Shown here: in pieces, positions 1-10,229 of the stretch
Position numbering within the stretch: the stretch's first letter is position 1
Layout: the number at the start of each line of letters is the position of its first letter
DNA from: Gemmatales bacterium
GTDB lineage: Bacteria; Planctomycetota; Planctomycetia; Gemmatales; Gemmataceae
Reading direction: 5' to 3'
DNA: 52,079 nt
Assembly (NCBI GenBank): GCA_038231495.1
Contig: JBBRLG010000001.1
Coordinates: 1-52,079 of the forward strand
Made by a program: the position numbers and the translations under genes
Notes under the pieces: model-generated
Database searches by the model: none
The model's input: only the letters and a program-made list of their open reading frames with translations
What the model was told of the DNA's origin: nothing

Positions 1-2
1 CG

Positions 3-755
3 CCCCGGCCGTCGCGCGACGGCTGGGTGCTGGCCGGCGGCAACGTCCTGCTCGCCGTCAGCAAGAACAAAGACTACCCCGGCGGTGCCGCGGTCGAAGT
101 CACGCGCGACGGCAAGATCGAGTTCGAGTTCAAGGGCACGCAGTCGGAAGTCAACACCGTCCAGGCACTCGATAACGGCAACGTCCTGCTCACGGAGGCC
201 GGCGACAAGCCGCGCCTGCTCGAAGTGGACCGCAAAGGCAAGATCGTCGTGGAAGTCGCGCTCCAGGCCCAGACGAAGGACCACCATTTGCAGACGCGCA
301 TGGCGCGGAAGCTGGCCAACGGCAACTACCTCGTGCCGCAACTGCTCGACCAGGTCGTGCGCGAGTACACGCCGGAGGGGAAGATCGTTTGGGAGGCGAA
401 AACCCCCAATTGGCCGTTCACCGCGATCCGCCTGGGCAACGGCAACACCCTGATCGGCTGCACGCTCGGCAACCTGGTGGTCGAAGTGGACGCGAAGGGC
501 AAAACGGTGTGGGAGCTGACAAACGACGACCTGCCGGGCAAGCCGCTTAACGACGCCTGTGGCGTGCAGCGGTTGCCCAACGGCAACACTGTCGTCACCA
601 GCCATCACGCCAAGGCGAAAGAGGTCAAGCTGACCGAGGTGACGCCGGAGAAGAAAATCGTCTGGACCCACACGGACGACAAGGGGTTCGGCATCCACCA
701 CTTCCAAATTCTCGACACCAACGGCAAGGCGCTGGACGGTAAGCCGCTGAAGTAA
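3..755 (+). CDS. beta-propeller repeat protein, 5'-partial (frame open to window edge)
   Basis: Listed ORF 27..755 starts at GTG, but the frame is open back to nt 3. Periodic ~45-aa blades each carry xNGN(V/T/Y)L (DNGNVLL, LANGNYLV, LGNGNTLI, LPNGNTVV) followed by GK(I/T)VWE strands. Confidence 0.55.
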   Translation, partial: PRPSRDGWVLAGGNVLLAVSKNKDYPGGAAVEVTRDGKIEFEFKGTQSEVNTVQALDNGNVLLTEAGDKPRLLEVDRKGKIVVEVALQAQTKDHHLQTRMARKLANGNYLVPQLLDQVVREYTPEGKIVWEAKTPNWPFTAIRLGNGNTLIGCTLGNLVVEVDAKGKTVWELTNDDLPGKPLNDACGVQRLPNGNTVVTSHHAKAKEVKLTEVTPEKKIVWTHTDDKGFGIHHFQILDTNGKALDGKPLK

Positions 756-1039
756 ATCGCGCCCTTTGCACATCCTATTCCGACCGCGACGCGCCAGCTC
801 CTATCGTGGGACGACCGCAGCCGGCCGGGTGAGTGCGAACGGTTCCGATTGCGCAGGTCCGAATGCGCGGCCCCTTTCCATTCCGCGGGAAACTCCCCTT
901 CCTCCTTGTGCGCAGTGCGCCGCCCAAGTACACTAGGAGCCTGGAACAAGATTGAACCATCCTTTCCCATGTCCGGTCCCACGAAGGTGCGCCGCCTTCT
1001 CACCCTGTGAGGATGGACTGGCGGCCGAGGAATACCCTA

Positions 1040-2500
<1,461 letters not shown>

Positions 2501-2763
2501 CTGGCCCTCAGCTGCGGTCGGAGCCTGCGGAGGCTTTGCCTTCGTCGCCGCGGCCGTTCTGCTGCGCCTTGTATTGTTCTTGCCACGAGCGGAGTGACAT
2601 CTTTTTGAAAAGGGAGCTGGTGCGTTGGTGGTCCATCGGGACGACTGCGGTGCCGCGCTTGCTGGGGGGCCTCATCTTCGTTCGCCTTTCCTTCGCTAAG
2701 GGGTCTTTGTTTGTTTGGCCTGACGCGAAGGGATAAGCAATTGGTGTGCCAAACGGTGTTTTT

Positions 2764-3858
2764 TCATTGCAGCGCGATGGTGTGCTTGCTCAACCGCTCG
2801 TAACCCTGCTCCGTGACCAGGTAATTGTGCTCGATGCGGATGCCGCCGACGTTCGGCACGTACAGGCCCGGCTCCAGCGTCACCACGTCGCCGGCGAGCA
2901 GGGTTTCGTCCGACCCACGCACCAAGTAAGGCGCTTCCGGGTGCGACAACCCCAGGCCGTGGCCGGCGTGGTGCCCAAAATACTTGGCCATGCCTTCGCG
3001 GTCAAAGGCGTCGTTGACCGCCTGGTACACCGTCAAGCACGCCTGCCCCGCCCGCAACTCATTTTCGCCTTGAGCCATCGCTTTCATGCACAAATCGTAC
3101 AGGCGTTGCTGGTCCGGCGTCGGCTCCTTGCCCACGACCAGGGTGTTGGTGAAATCGCTGCGGTAATGGCGGATGACGACGGAGAAGTCGAGGATGAACA
3201 TATCGCCCGGTTCGAGGACGCGCTCGGTCGGCAGCCCGCCGCGCCGCTCCGGCCCCGGCGACACGGCAAAATCGCCGTAGACGATGACGGCCTGTTTCGC
3301 CGCCCGGACGCAGGTGCCGTTGACGCCGACGTATACGTCCAGCTCGGTCATGCCGGGTCGGATGTTCGCTCGTGCCCAGGCGTGGCCGGCCTGGGTGACG
3401 CGCATACACTCGCGTAGGAGGGCAATTTCGTCGGGGTCTTTCTGGCGGCGCATCTCAGCCAAGGTCTCGATGAGGGTTCCGGCGTAAGGGTCGCCGGGCT
3501 GGTCGTGGATGCGTAACCCCGTCTGGGTCGGATTGACGCCCTGGAGCAGAGCAAGCCGGCGTGGTCCGCGGCCCGGCGACTGGCCGTCGTACCAGGGCAC
3601 GACGACGCGCTCCTCGACGTGGGCGTCGGCGGCCGATTTGGGCAGCCGGTCGTCGTGCAGCAGCTTGGCGTGACCGTCCTTGCGCAACAGCAGGTAGCCG
3701 CCGTAGTCCGCGCCCAGGCTGAACGGATCGACGGCAAAGTTGACGAGGTACATCAAGTGCAGGGGGTCGTGCAGCCGCAGATGGTCGTTGCCCGGCTTGG
3801 GATCGAGCCGCTCCCACAGGCGTTGCCGTCGCCGTCTGCACCCTGCCGCCGTGAGCAT
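2764..3858 (-). CDS. M24 family metallopeptidase (Xaa-Pro aminopeptidase/creatinase fold)
   Basis: C-terminal pita-bread motifs GDMFILDFSVV, HHAGHGLGLSHPEAPY, VVTLEPGLY, GGIRIEHNYLVT. ATG at 3858 is preceded by GGGAG. Confidence 0.85.
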   Translation of the reverse strand: MLTAAGCRRRRQRLWERLDPKPGNDHLRLHDPLHLMYLVNFAVDPFSLGADYGGYLLLRKDGHAKLLHDDRLPKSAADAHVEERVVVPWYDGQSPGRGPRRLALLQGVNPTQTGLRIHDQPGDPYAGTLIETLAEMRRQKDPDEIALLRECMRVTQAGHAWARANIRPGMTELDVYVGVNGTCVRAAKQAVIVYGDFAVSPGPERRGGLPTERVLEPGDMFILDFSVVIRHYRSDFTNTLVVGKEPTPDQQRLYDLCMKAMAQGENELRAGQACLTVYQAVNDAFDREGMAKYFGHHAGHGLGLSHPEAPYLVRGSDETLLAGDVVTLEPGLYVPNVGGIRIEHNYLVTEQGYERLSKHTIALQ

Positions 3859-4051
3859 GTTCCCATCTCCCTGAAGCCACTCTTCTCGTCTTGCCGCTTG
3901 CGGCTTTGCCTTGTCTTATGCCATTCCAGGGGGATTGGCCTTTTCGGGCGGCATCGGATAAATCCGCAGGCTGGCAAGAAAGGGAGCCAGGCATGCTCGT
4001 CGCAAGCCTGGCTATTGCAATGGTTTGCGTAATCGGACAAATTGAAAAAAG

Positions 4052-4138
4052 CGGAGAGGGAGGGATTCGAACCCTCGGTGACGTTGCCGCCACATCGGTT
4101 TTCGAGACCGACACCTTCGGCCACTCGGTCACCTCTCC
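4052..4138 (-). tRNA. tRNA-Ser (anticodon CGA), long variable arm, no encoded CCA
   Basis: The reverse complement reads GGAGAGG-TG-ACC..GGT-G-TCGGT-CTCGAAA-ACCGA-(18-nt variable arm)-GAGGG-TTCGAAT-CCCTC-CCTCTCC-G. This is a full cloverleaf by eye. Confidence 0.9.
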
Positions 4139-4421
4139 GGCACTAACCGCCGGCCGAATCAGCCGGCGCTTCGGCCGGCTTTCGCCAAACCATTTGCGCC
4201 AGCGACCGTGGGAGAGTGTTAGTTTACAGGTCGCGCTTCCGGGCCGCAATAGTTCTGTGTGCGGCCCAGCGACGCGGGCACGGCACTTGCGATCTGTTGC
4301 CCGACCGTGCGGAAAGGGGAACAAGCCCGTTCCTTCAAATCCTTCCCGCGACCCCCGCGCTGTTATAGCATATCTAGCGCCTACCAACCGGTGTCCCCCA
4401 CCCTGAAAGGAAGGTCCCACC

Positions 4422-5468
4422 GTGTCTGTATCGCGACTGTTTCGTCCCTTTGGCCTGGCGCTTGCCGCGCTGGTTTTGTTTGCCTTGAACGCCCCCGCGC
4501 GGGACGCCGGCCAGCCGTGGGTCGTTTACGAAGGCGGCGACGGCCCCGGCAAGGGCAAGCACGTCGTCCTCATCAGCGGCGACGAGGAGTATCGCTCCGA
4601 AGAGGCGCTGCCGCAACTCGCCAAGATTCTTGGCAAGCACCACGGCTTCAAGTGTACCGTCCTGTTCGCCATCGACCCCAGGGACGGCACCATCAACCCC
4701 GGCCACAACAAGAACATTCCCGGCCTCGACGCACTCAAGACCGCGGACCTCCTGGTCGTCTTCACCCGCTTTCGCGACCTGCCCGACGACCAGATGAAGT
4801 TCATCGCCGATTACGTCGAGGCGGGCAAGCCGGTCATCGGCCTGCGCACGGCGACGCACGGCTTTTCCCTGGGGTCCAAGACCTATGCGCGGTTCAACTG
4901 GAACTCCAAGGAAAAGGGCTGGGAAGGCGGCTTCGGCCGGCAAGTGCTGGGCGAGACGTGGGTCAATCACTGGGGTGCCCACGGTTCGCAGAGCACGCTC
5001 GGCGTCATTCCGGTAGGCGACAAGGGTGTCAAGGAAAGTCCGATCCTGCGCGGCATTCAGGACGGCGCTATTTGGGGACCGACCGACGTTTACGAAGTCC
5101 ACTTGCCGCTGCCGAGAGATTGTAAACCACTGGTGCTGGGCCAGGTTCTCTCGGGCATGAAGCCGACCGACAAGCCGCTCGAAGGCAAGAAGAACGACCC
5201 GCTGATGCCGGTCGCGTGGACGAAGCTGTACAAGCTTCCCGACGGCAAGGAGGGCCGCTCGTTTACGACCACGATGGGCGCGTCGCAGGATTTGCAGAGC
5301 GAAGGGCTGCGGCGGCTGCTCGTGAACGCCTGCTACTGGGCCGTCGGCATGGAGGACAAAATCCCGGCGAAGTCGAACGTGGACCTCGTCGGCGAGTACA
5401 AGCCGACGCCGTTCAAGGGCGGCGGCCACGCCAAGGGCGTCAAGCCGGAGGACCTTGCGGGCAAGTAG
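4422..5468 (+). CDS. secreted ThuA-like (class I glutamine amidotransferase-fold) protein
   Basis: GTG start preceded by AAGGAAGG. N-terminal signal peptide (LALAALVLFALNAPA). KHVVLISGDEEYRSEEALPQLAKIL...LLVVFTRF...GKPVIGLRTATHGF resembles ThuA-type domains. The family assignment is from memory only. Confidence 0.5.
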   Translation: MSVSRLFRPFGLALAALVLFALNAPARDAGQPWVVYEGGDGPGKGKHVVLISGDEEYRSEEALPQLAKILGKHHGFKCTVLFAIDPRDGTINPGHNKNIPGLDALKTADLLVVFTRFRDLPDDQMKFIADYVEAGKPVIGLRTATHGFSLGSKTYARFNWNSKEKGWEGGFGRQVLGETWVNHWGAHGSQSTLGVIPVGDKGVKESPILRGIQDGAIWGPTDVYEVHLPLPRDCKPLVLGQVLSGMKPTDKPLEGKKNDPLMPVAWTKLYKLPDGKEGRSFTTTMGASQDLQSEGLRRLLVNACYWAVGMEDKIPAKSNVDLVGEYKPTPFKGGGHAKGVKPEDLAGK

Positions 5469-5476
5469 CTTTTTCT

Positions 5477-5520
5477 GCCGCTTGCGGCTTTGCCTTTTCG
5501 CGTGCAAAGCCGCAAGCGGC
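5477..5520. repeat. family-A palindromic repeat hairpin (GCCGCTTGCGGCTTTGC / GCAAAGCCGCAAGCGGC)
   Basis: Perfect 17-bp inverted arms at 5477-5493 and 5504-5520, 9 nt after the stop of the upstream gene. Probable terminator or mRNA-stabilising hairpin. Confidence 0.8.
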
Positions 5521-5525
5521 GGTCA

Positions 5526-5554
5526 TTCCCACGCCCCAAATCTCGACGTATAAT
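5526..5554 (+). promoter_or_regulatory. candidate sigma70-type promoter of the 2-oxoacid dehydrogenase operon
   Basis: TTCCCA (5526-5531), 17-nt spacer, TATAAT (5549-5554), ~155 nt upstream of the E1alpha ATG. Sequence pattern only. Confidence 0.3.
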
Positions 5555-5709
5555 ACTCATGGCGGAGTCGAGTCGATGCCGATAGGGATGAAGGGCGATT
5601 CCATCTGGCCTTCCCGCGCCCCGATGGCAAACGTAGGATAAGCGACTTCTCCCCCGCGCGCTTCAGCGCCCGCTCCGAACGCCTTCGGTTATCCAGAGGA
5701 GAACGCGGC

Positions 5710-6801
5710 ATGCCGAGCGATTTCAGCCTCTCTCCGGGAGACGACGACCTCGCCCTCCTGTCCCCGGAGGTCTTCAGCGGCAAAGAAGCGCTCGCCGCCG
5801 AACGTTGCCTCCAACTGCACCGCATCATGGTCCGCAGCCGCGTCATGGAAGAGCGGACGATCAAGATGAGCAAGTCCGGTCAGGGCTTCTTCTGGATCGG
5901 CGGCCCCGGCGAGGAAGCCTTCAACGCCGCCCTCGGCCTCCTGGTCAAAAAAGGCCACGGTCCCGCCTTCGACTACCTCCACCTCCACTACCGCAACAGT
6001 GCCGCCCTCGTCGCCATGGGCATGCCGCTCGTCCACGGCATCCGGCAGATGGCCATGACCGTTACCGACACCCACTCGATGGGCCGTAATTTCACGAGCC
6101 ACTTCGCCCACCGCGACTGGAACGTCCTGCCCGTCACGTCCGTTATCGAAGTGCAATACGTCATGGCACCCGGTACGGCACTCGTGCAAAAGCGCCTCGG
6201 CAGCGACGGCATCACCATCGTGGCGGGCGGCGACGCGGGCACGGCGGAGGGCGACTTTGCCTCTTGCCTGGTGTGGAGTTCGCGGCCGGGCAACGAGTTG
6301 CCGGTGCTGATGATCGTGACGAACAACGGCTGGGGCATCTCGACTGACGCGCGCGGGCAGCACGGCGAAAAGCACGTCATGGACCGCGGCAAGGCGTTCG
6401 GCATCCCCGGCGAAGTGGTGGACGGCAACGACCCGATCGCGAGCTGGCACGGAATCAAACGTGCCATGACCTATTGCCGCAGCACGCACCGGCCCTACCT
6501 GCTGGAGGCAATGGTCTCGCGCCTTTACGGCCACTCTTCCTCCAGCGGCGCGTTGCGCGTCAAGAACGAAACGGACCCGATCGCGCAGTTCGAGCGCAAG
6601 TTGCTAGGGGCGTCGATCGTGGATAATTCCTATCTCGAACAGGTCCACGACGAAGCCGCCGCGGAGGTGGAAGCCGCGGTCGAGCAAGTCTTGACTGAGC
6701 CGATGCCGCAGGCGTCCGACGTGGAGAAACACACCTACGCGCCTAGCCCGGTCGATGCCGTGTATCCCGGCGACTACACGGGACTGCCGCAAAATACATG
6801 A
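5710..6801 (+). CDS. 2-oxoacid (pyruvate/branched-chain) dehydrogenase E1 component, alpha subunit
   Basis: TPP-binding region GGDAGTAEGDF...IVTNNGWGIS. E1-alpha-like length, followed directly by beta and E2 genes. RBS GAGGAG upstream. Confidence 0.9.
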   Translation: MPSDFSLSPGDDDLALLSPEVFSGKEALAAERCLQLHRIMVRSRVMEERTIKMSKSGQGFFWIGGPGEEAFNAALGLLVKKGHGPAFDYLHLHYRNSAALVAMGMPLVHGIRQMAMTVTDTHSMGRNFTSHFAHRDWNVLPVTSVIEVQYVMAPGTALVQKRLGSDGITIVAGGDAGTAEGDFASCLVWSSRPGNELPVLMIVTNNGWGISTDARGQHGEKHVMDRGKAFGIPGEVVDGNDPIASWHGIKRAMTYCRSTHRPYLLEAMVSRLYGHSSSSGALRVKNETDPIAQFERKLLGASIVDNSYLEQVHDEAAAEVEAAVEQVLTEPMPQASDVEKHTYAPSPVDAVYPGDYTGLPQNT

Positions 6802-6897
6802 AACCACGGAAGACACGGAAGACACGGAAAAAAGACCGAAAGCCAATACCCCTTTTTCCTGTCTTTTTTCCGTGTTTTCCGTGTCTTCCGTGGTTCC
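6802..6897. repeat. family-B hairpin built from tandem ACGGAAGAC-type 9-mers
   Basis: Left arm GAAACCACGGAAGACACGGAAGACACGGAAAAAAGAC (6800-6836). Right arm GTCTTTTTTCCGTGTTTTCCGTGTCTTCCGTGGTTCC (6861-6897). It fills the E1alpha/E1beta gap; a second copy lies at 16853-16974. Confidence 0.85.
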
Positions 6898-6915
6898 TTT
6901 TCCGAGTCCGACATC

Positions 6916-7974
6916 ATGGCGACACTCGTTCAGGCCGTTCGGCTGGCGTTGCACTACGGCGAGGAACACCTCGGCGTCACGGACATCTTCGGCGAGGACG
7001 TCGGCCCGCCGCTTGGCGGCGTTTTCACCGCGACGCAAGGTCTCAAGACCGCCTGGAACACCCCGCTCGACGAGCGCGGCATCATCGGCGCCGCCATGGG
7101 CATCGCCTACGCCGGCGGCTGTCCCGTCGCCGAGATTCAATTCTGCGACTACGGCTTCAACACCATCGACTTGCTGAAAGTCGCCGGCAATCAGCGCTGG
7201 GCCGGTGCGGGCAACTACGCCCTGCCAATGGTCGTCATGATGCCCAGCGGCTCCGGCATTCGCGGCAGCCTCTATCATTCGCACTCGTTCGAGAGTTGGG
7301 CCAGTCGCCTGGCCGGGTGGAAGGTCGTCATGCCGAGCAACGCCCTGGACGCCTACGGCCTCATGCTGTCGGCGATCCGCGACCCAAACCCGGTGATGGT
7401 CCTGTTGCCCAAGGCACTGCTGCGCGTGCGCGGCGACGAGAAGATTCCCGGCGAACCTGCTAGCGAGGATGAGTTGAAGGAACGCATCGACGCCCCGGTC
7501 GGCGACCGCAGCGCCTGGCAGCCGCGCTGGCCGGACGTGGAAGAGTATTTCGTCCCGATCGGCGTGGCGTCGCTGGCGCGCGAGGGGGACGACGCCACCG
7601 TAATCAGCTACGGTCGTACGCTGCCTTTGTGCGTCCAGGCGGCGGACGAACTGCGGGCGGAGACGGGGAAAACGTGCGACGTGCTCGACCTGCGCAGCAT
7701 CTTTCCTTACGACTGGAAGGCGATCGGCCGCAGCGTGCTGAAGACGGGCCGCGTGCTGGTCGTCAACGAGGACACGGAGGTGACGAACTACGGCGAGCAC
7801 CTGCTGCGGCGGGTGATCGACGAACACTTCTACGACCTGCTGGTGCGGCCGCGCCTGTTGGCCGGCAAGCACGTGCCGGGCATCGGCTTGAATCAGGTGT
7901 ACGAACAGAACACGGTCCCGCAGCAGCCGGGAATTCGGGCTGCACTCCGGTCTTTATTGACGGAAGAGTCGTGA
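6916..7974 (+). CDS. 2-oxoacid dehydrogenase E1 component, beta subunit
   Basis: Transketolase-like Pyr and C-terminal domains (DIFGEDVG..GGVF..T.GL, EIQFCDY, VVMMPSGSG, SHSFESW). Operon position between E1alpha and E2. Confidence 0.9.
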   Translation: MATLVQAVRLALHYGEEHLGVTDIFGEDVGPPLGGVFTATQGLKTAWNTPLDERGIIGAAMGIAYAGGCPVAEIQFCDYGFNTIDLLKVAGNQRWAGAGNYALPMVVMMPSGSGIRGSLYHSHSFESWASRLAGWKVVMPSNALDAYGLMLSAIRDPNPVMVLLPKALLRVRGDEKIPGEPASEDELKERIDAPVGDRSAWQPRWPDVEEYFVPIGVASLAREGDDATVISYGRTLPLCVQAADELRAETGKTCDVLDLRSIFPYDWKAIGRSVLKTGRVLVVNEDTEVTNYGEHLLRRVIDEHFYDLLVRPRLLAGKHVPGIGLNQVYEQNTVPQQPGIRAALRSLLTEES

Positions 7975-7985
7975 GCGCGGTGCTT

Positions 7986-8036
7986 GGGTTGCCGCTTGCG
8001 GCTTGGCGCGTCGCGCAAAGCCGCAAGCGGCAACCC
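7986..8036. repeat. family-A palindromic repeat hairpin
   Basis: GGGTTGCCGCTTGCGGCTT...AAGCCGCAAGCGGCAACCC inverted arms in the E1beta/E2 gap. Confidence 0.8.
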
Positions 8037-8056
8037 AAACGCCGACGGAGTTCGTT

Positions 8057-9307
8057 ATGCAATTCAACCTGCCCGAGGTCGGCGAAGGCGTCTACGAGGC
8101 CGAGATGATCGCCTGGCTCGTCAAGGTCGGCGACACGGTCAAGCGCGGCCAAAACCTCCTCGAAGTCATGACCGACAAGGCGACGATGGAAATTCCGTCG
8201 CCGTTCATCGGCACCGTCACTGAACTCAAGGTCGAACCCGGCCAGAAAATCAAGGTCGGCGACGTGCTACTCACTTACGACGGCACCGGCCAACCGTCAC
8301 CGCTCGCCGTAATGGCCGCCGTCGGGGCTGAGGAGGCGATCGCGGCCCAGGCCGCGGCGTCCACGCCGAAAACGAACCACATCAGCGTCGTCTCGACGAC
8401 CGGGCCGCGGGTGCCGGTCAAGGCGTCGCCATCGGTGCGGCAGCTGGCGCGCGGCCTGGGCATCGACCTGAACGCCATCCACGGCACCGGCCCGCAAGGG
8501 CGGGTTCTCGTCGAGGATCTGACTCGCCACGTCCAGCCCGCGCCGGCGGTCAAGCGCCTGGTGCCGGAAACGCGGCCCGACTACGGCAAGCCCGGCACTC
8601 GCATCAAGCTGCAAGGCCTACGCCGCAAGATCGCCGAGCACATGGTGCGGGCCAAGCAGACCATCCCTCACTACACCTACGTCGACGAGTGCGACGTGAC
8701 CGAGTTGGTCAAGCTCCGCGACGGCCTGCGCGAGACGTTCAACCAGGCCGGCGTCAAATTGACCTACCTGCCCTTTTTCGTGAAAGCCGTCGTCGCCGCG
8801 CTCAAGGAAGTGCCGTTGGTGAACGCGAGTCTGGTCGAGGCGGACGGCGAGATCGTGCTGCACGACCGTTACAACGTCGGCATCGCCGTCTCGACGCCGG
8901 CCGGACTGGTGGTGCCCGTGATCCCCGACGCCGACCGCAAGGATATTCCCGCCCTGGCGCGCGAGATCGAGCGCCTGAGCACCGACGCCCGCGCCGGCAA
9001 GTCGAAGCGCGACGACCTGCGCGGCGGCACCTTCACGGTCACGTCGGTCGGCAACCTCGGCGGCTTATTCTCGACGCCGGTCATCAACCACCCCGAAGTC
9101 GGCATCCTCGGCCTGGGCAAGATCGTGCGCCGCCCGGTCTTCGACGCGGCCGGCCAAATTCGCCCGGCAGATCTGATTTACCTGTCGTTGTCGTTCGACC
9201 ATCGCGTCGTCGATGGCGCCGTCGGGGCGGCGTTTACCAACGTCATCCTGCGGCACCTGCGCAACCCGGCGGTCATGCTAGTTGGAATGCTGAATGCTGA
9301 ATGCTGA
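8057..9307 (+). CDS. dihydrolipoamide acyltransferase (E2 component)
   Basis: Lipoyl domain (VMTDKATMEIPSP). Peripheral subunit-binding domain (PSVRQLARGLGIDLNAIHGTGPQGRV). Catalytic domain with DHRVVDG. ATG 8057 (MQFNLPEVGEG) is preferred over listed 8003, which reads through the repeat hairpin. The last 7-8 codons lie in a heptamer repeat. Confidence 0.9.
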   Translation: MQFNLPEVGEGVYEAEMIAWLVKVGDTVKRGQNLLEVMTDKATMEIPSPFIGTVTELKVEPGQKIKVGDVLLTYDGTGQPSPLAVMAAVGAEEAIAAQAAASTPKTNHISVVSTTGPRVPVKASPSVRQLARGLGIDLNAIHGTGPQGRVLVEDLTRHVQPAPAVKRLVPETRPDYGKPGTRIKLQGLRRKIAEHMVRAKQTIPHYTYVDECDVTELVKLRDGLRETFNQAGVKLTYLPFFVKAVVAALKEVPLVNASLVEADGEIVLHDRYNVGIAVSTPAGLVVPVIPDADRKDIPALAREIERLSTDARAGKSKRDDLRGGTFTVTSVGNLGGLFSTPVINHPEVGILGLGKIVRRPVFDAAGQIRPADLIYLSLSFDHRVVDGAVGAAFTNVILRHLRNPAVMLVGMLNAEC

Positions 9308-9364
9308 ATGCTGAATCAAGCAATGCGTTTGTCTTTAATTCATCATTCATCATTCATCATTTCT
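9284..9364. repeat. heptanucleotide tandem repeats (GAATGCT)x4 ... (ATTCATC)x3
   Basis: GGAATGCTGAATGCTGAATGCTGAATGCTGAATC at 9284-9317 spans the E2 stop codon. TAATTCATCATTCATCATTCATCATTTC lies at 9337-9364. The arms are complementary except one C:T mismatch in every heptamer. Confidence 0.85.
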
Positions 9365-9459
9365 GCTTAACGCGGTTGTGTCCTGCGCTTCCACCTGGCA
9401 TGATAAACGACGCATTCCGTCTCGACCAAGCGGATCACTCGCCGACAAAGGAGGATGTC

Positions 9460-10206
9460 ATGCGGAAGGGTTGCGTGGCGGCTTGGGTGGTGTTGCTGTG
9501 CGCCGGCTCTGCGCCGGCCCAGGAGAAGCCGCAGGAGGTCATTCAGCAGGCCATCAAGGCCCACGGCGGCGACGAGAAGCTGGCGCGCATCGCCTGCGAC
9601 AAGGTGAAGGTCAACGGCATCCTGCACATCGGCGACGACGACGTGCCCTTCACCGCCGAGACGTATGTGCAGCTGCCCGACCAGTTCAAGAACACGGTCA
9701 ACCTGACGGTCAACGGCCGCAAGATCGTGCTGGTGCAAACCCTCCTCGGCGACAAGACGGCGGTAACGCAGGACGGCCAACCGCTCAAGGTGACGGCGGC
9801 CGGCGACGCCGACATGCGCGAGACGATGCACCTGGAGCGCTGCCTACGCCTGGTGCCGCTGCTGACCGACAAGACGTACGAATTGACCGCGCTGGAAGAG
9901 TCGAAGGTGAACAACCAGCCGGCGTACGGCGTCAAGGTGGCGCTGAAGGGCCGCAAAGACCTGCGCCTGTATTTCGACAAGGAAACGCACCTGCTGGTCA
10001 AGACGGAGCACCCGCACGACGACGGCAAGGGCGGCGGCGAAGTGAAGCAGGAGGAGTATTACAGCAACTTCAAGGATCTCGGCGGCGGCTTCAAGCGGCC
10101 GACGCGCGTCACCGCCTACCGCGACGGCAAGAAGGTGATGGATGCGGAGTTAACCGAGGTTAAATATCCCGATAAAATTCCGGAGGCGGAGTTGGGCAAG
10201 CCGTGA
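9460..10206 (+). CDS. secreted hypothetical protein
   Basis: ATG 9460 is preceded by AAAGGAGGA. Signal peptide MRKGCVAAWVVLLCAGSAPAQE. The listed start 9301 lies in the repeat region. No family recognised. Confidence 0.6.
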   Translation: MRKGCVAAWVVLLCAGSAPAQEKPQEVIQQAIKAHGGDEKLARIACDKVKVNGILHIGDDDVPFTAETYVQLPDQFKNTVNLTVNGRKIVLVQTLLGDKTAVTQDGQPLKVTAAGDADMRETMHLERCLRLVPLLTDKTYELTALEESKVNNQPAYGVKVALKGRKDLRLYFDKETHLLVKTEHPHDDGKGGGEVKQEEYYSNFKDLGGGFKRPTRVTAYRDGKKVMDAELTEVKYPDKIPEAELGKP

Positions 10207-10229
10207 CGCGGGGGGAAGTTGAGCGGAAC

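Noticed and set aside
3455-4420. Long ORFs antisense to or overlapping confident genes. Examples: 3455-4420, 4374-5507, 5689-6534, 6604-7872, 15940-17211, 17794-18834, 36876-38054, 43976-45742, 44154-45422.
   Set aside because: These are typical shadow ORFs of high-GC DNA, where stop codons are rare. They have Arg/Pro/Gly/Ala-rich low-complexity translations and no motifs. Each overlaps a gene with clear family signatures.
8003-8056. N-terminal extensions of E2 (8003), GGT (16918), the secreted protein (9301) and the primase (28176) in the ORF track.
   Set aside because: The extensions run through palindromic or tandem repeats or through upstream genes. Internal ATGs with ribosome-binding sites, signal peptides or ATGA coupling fit better.
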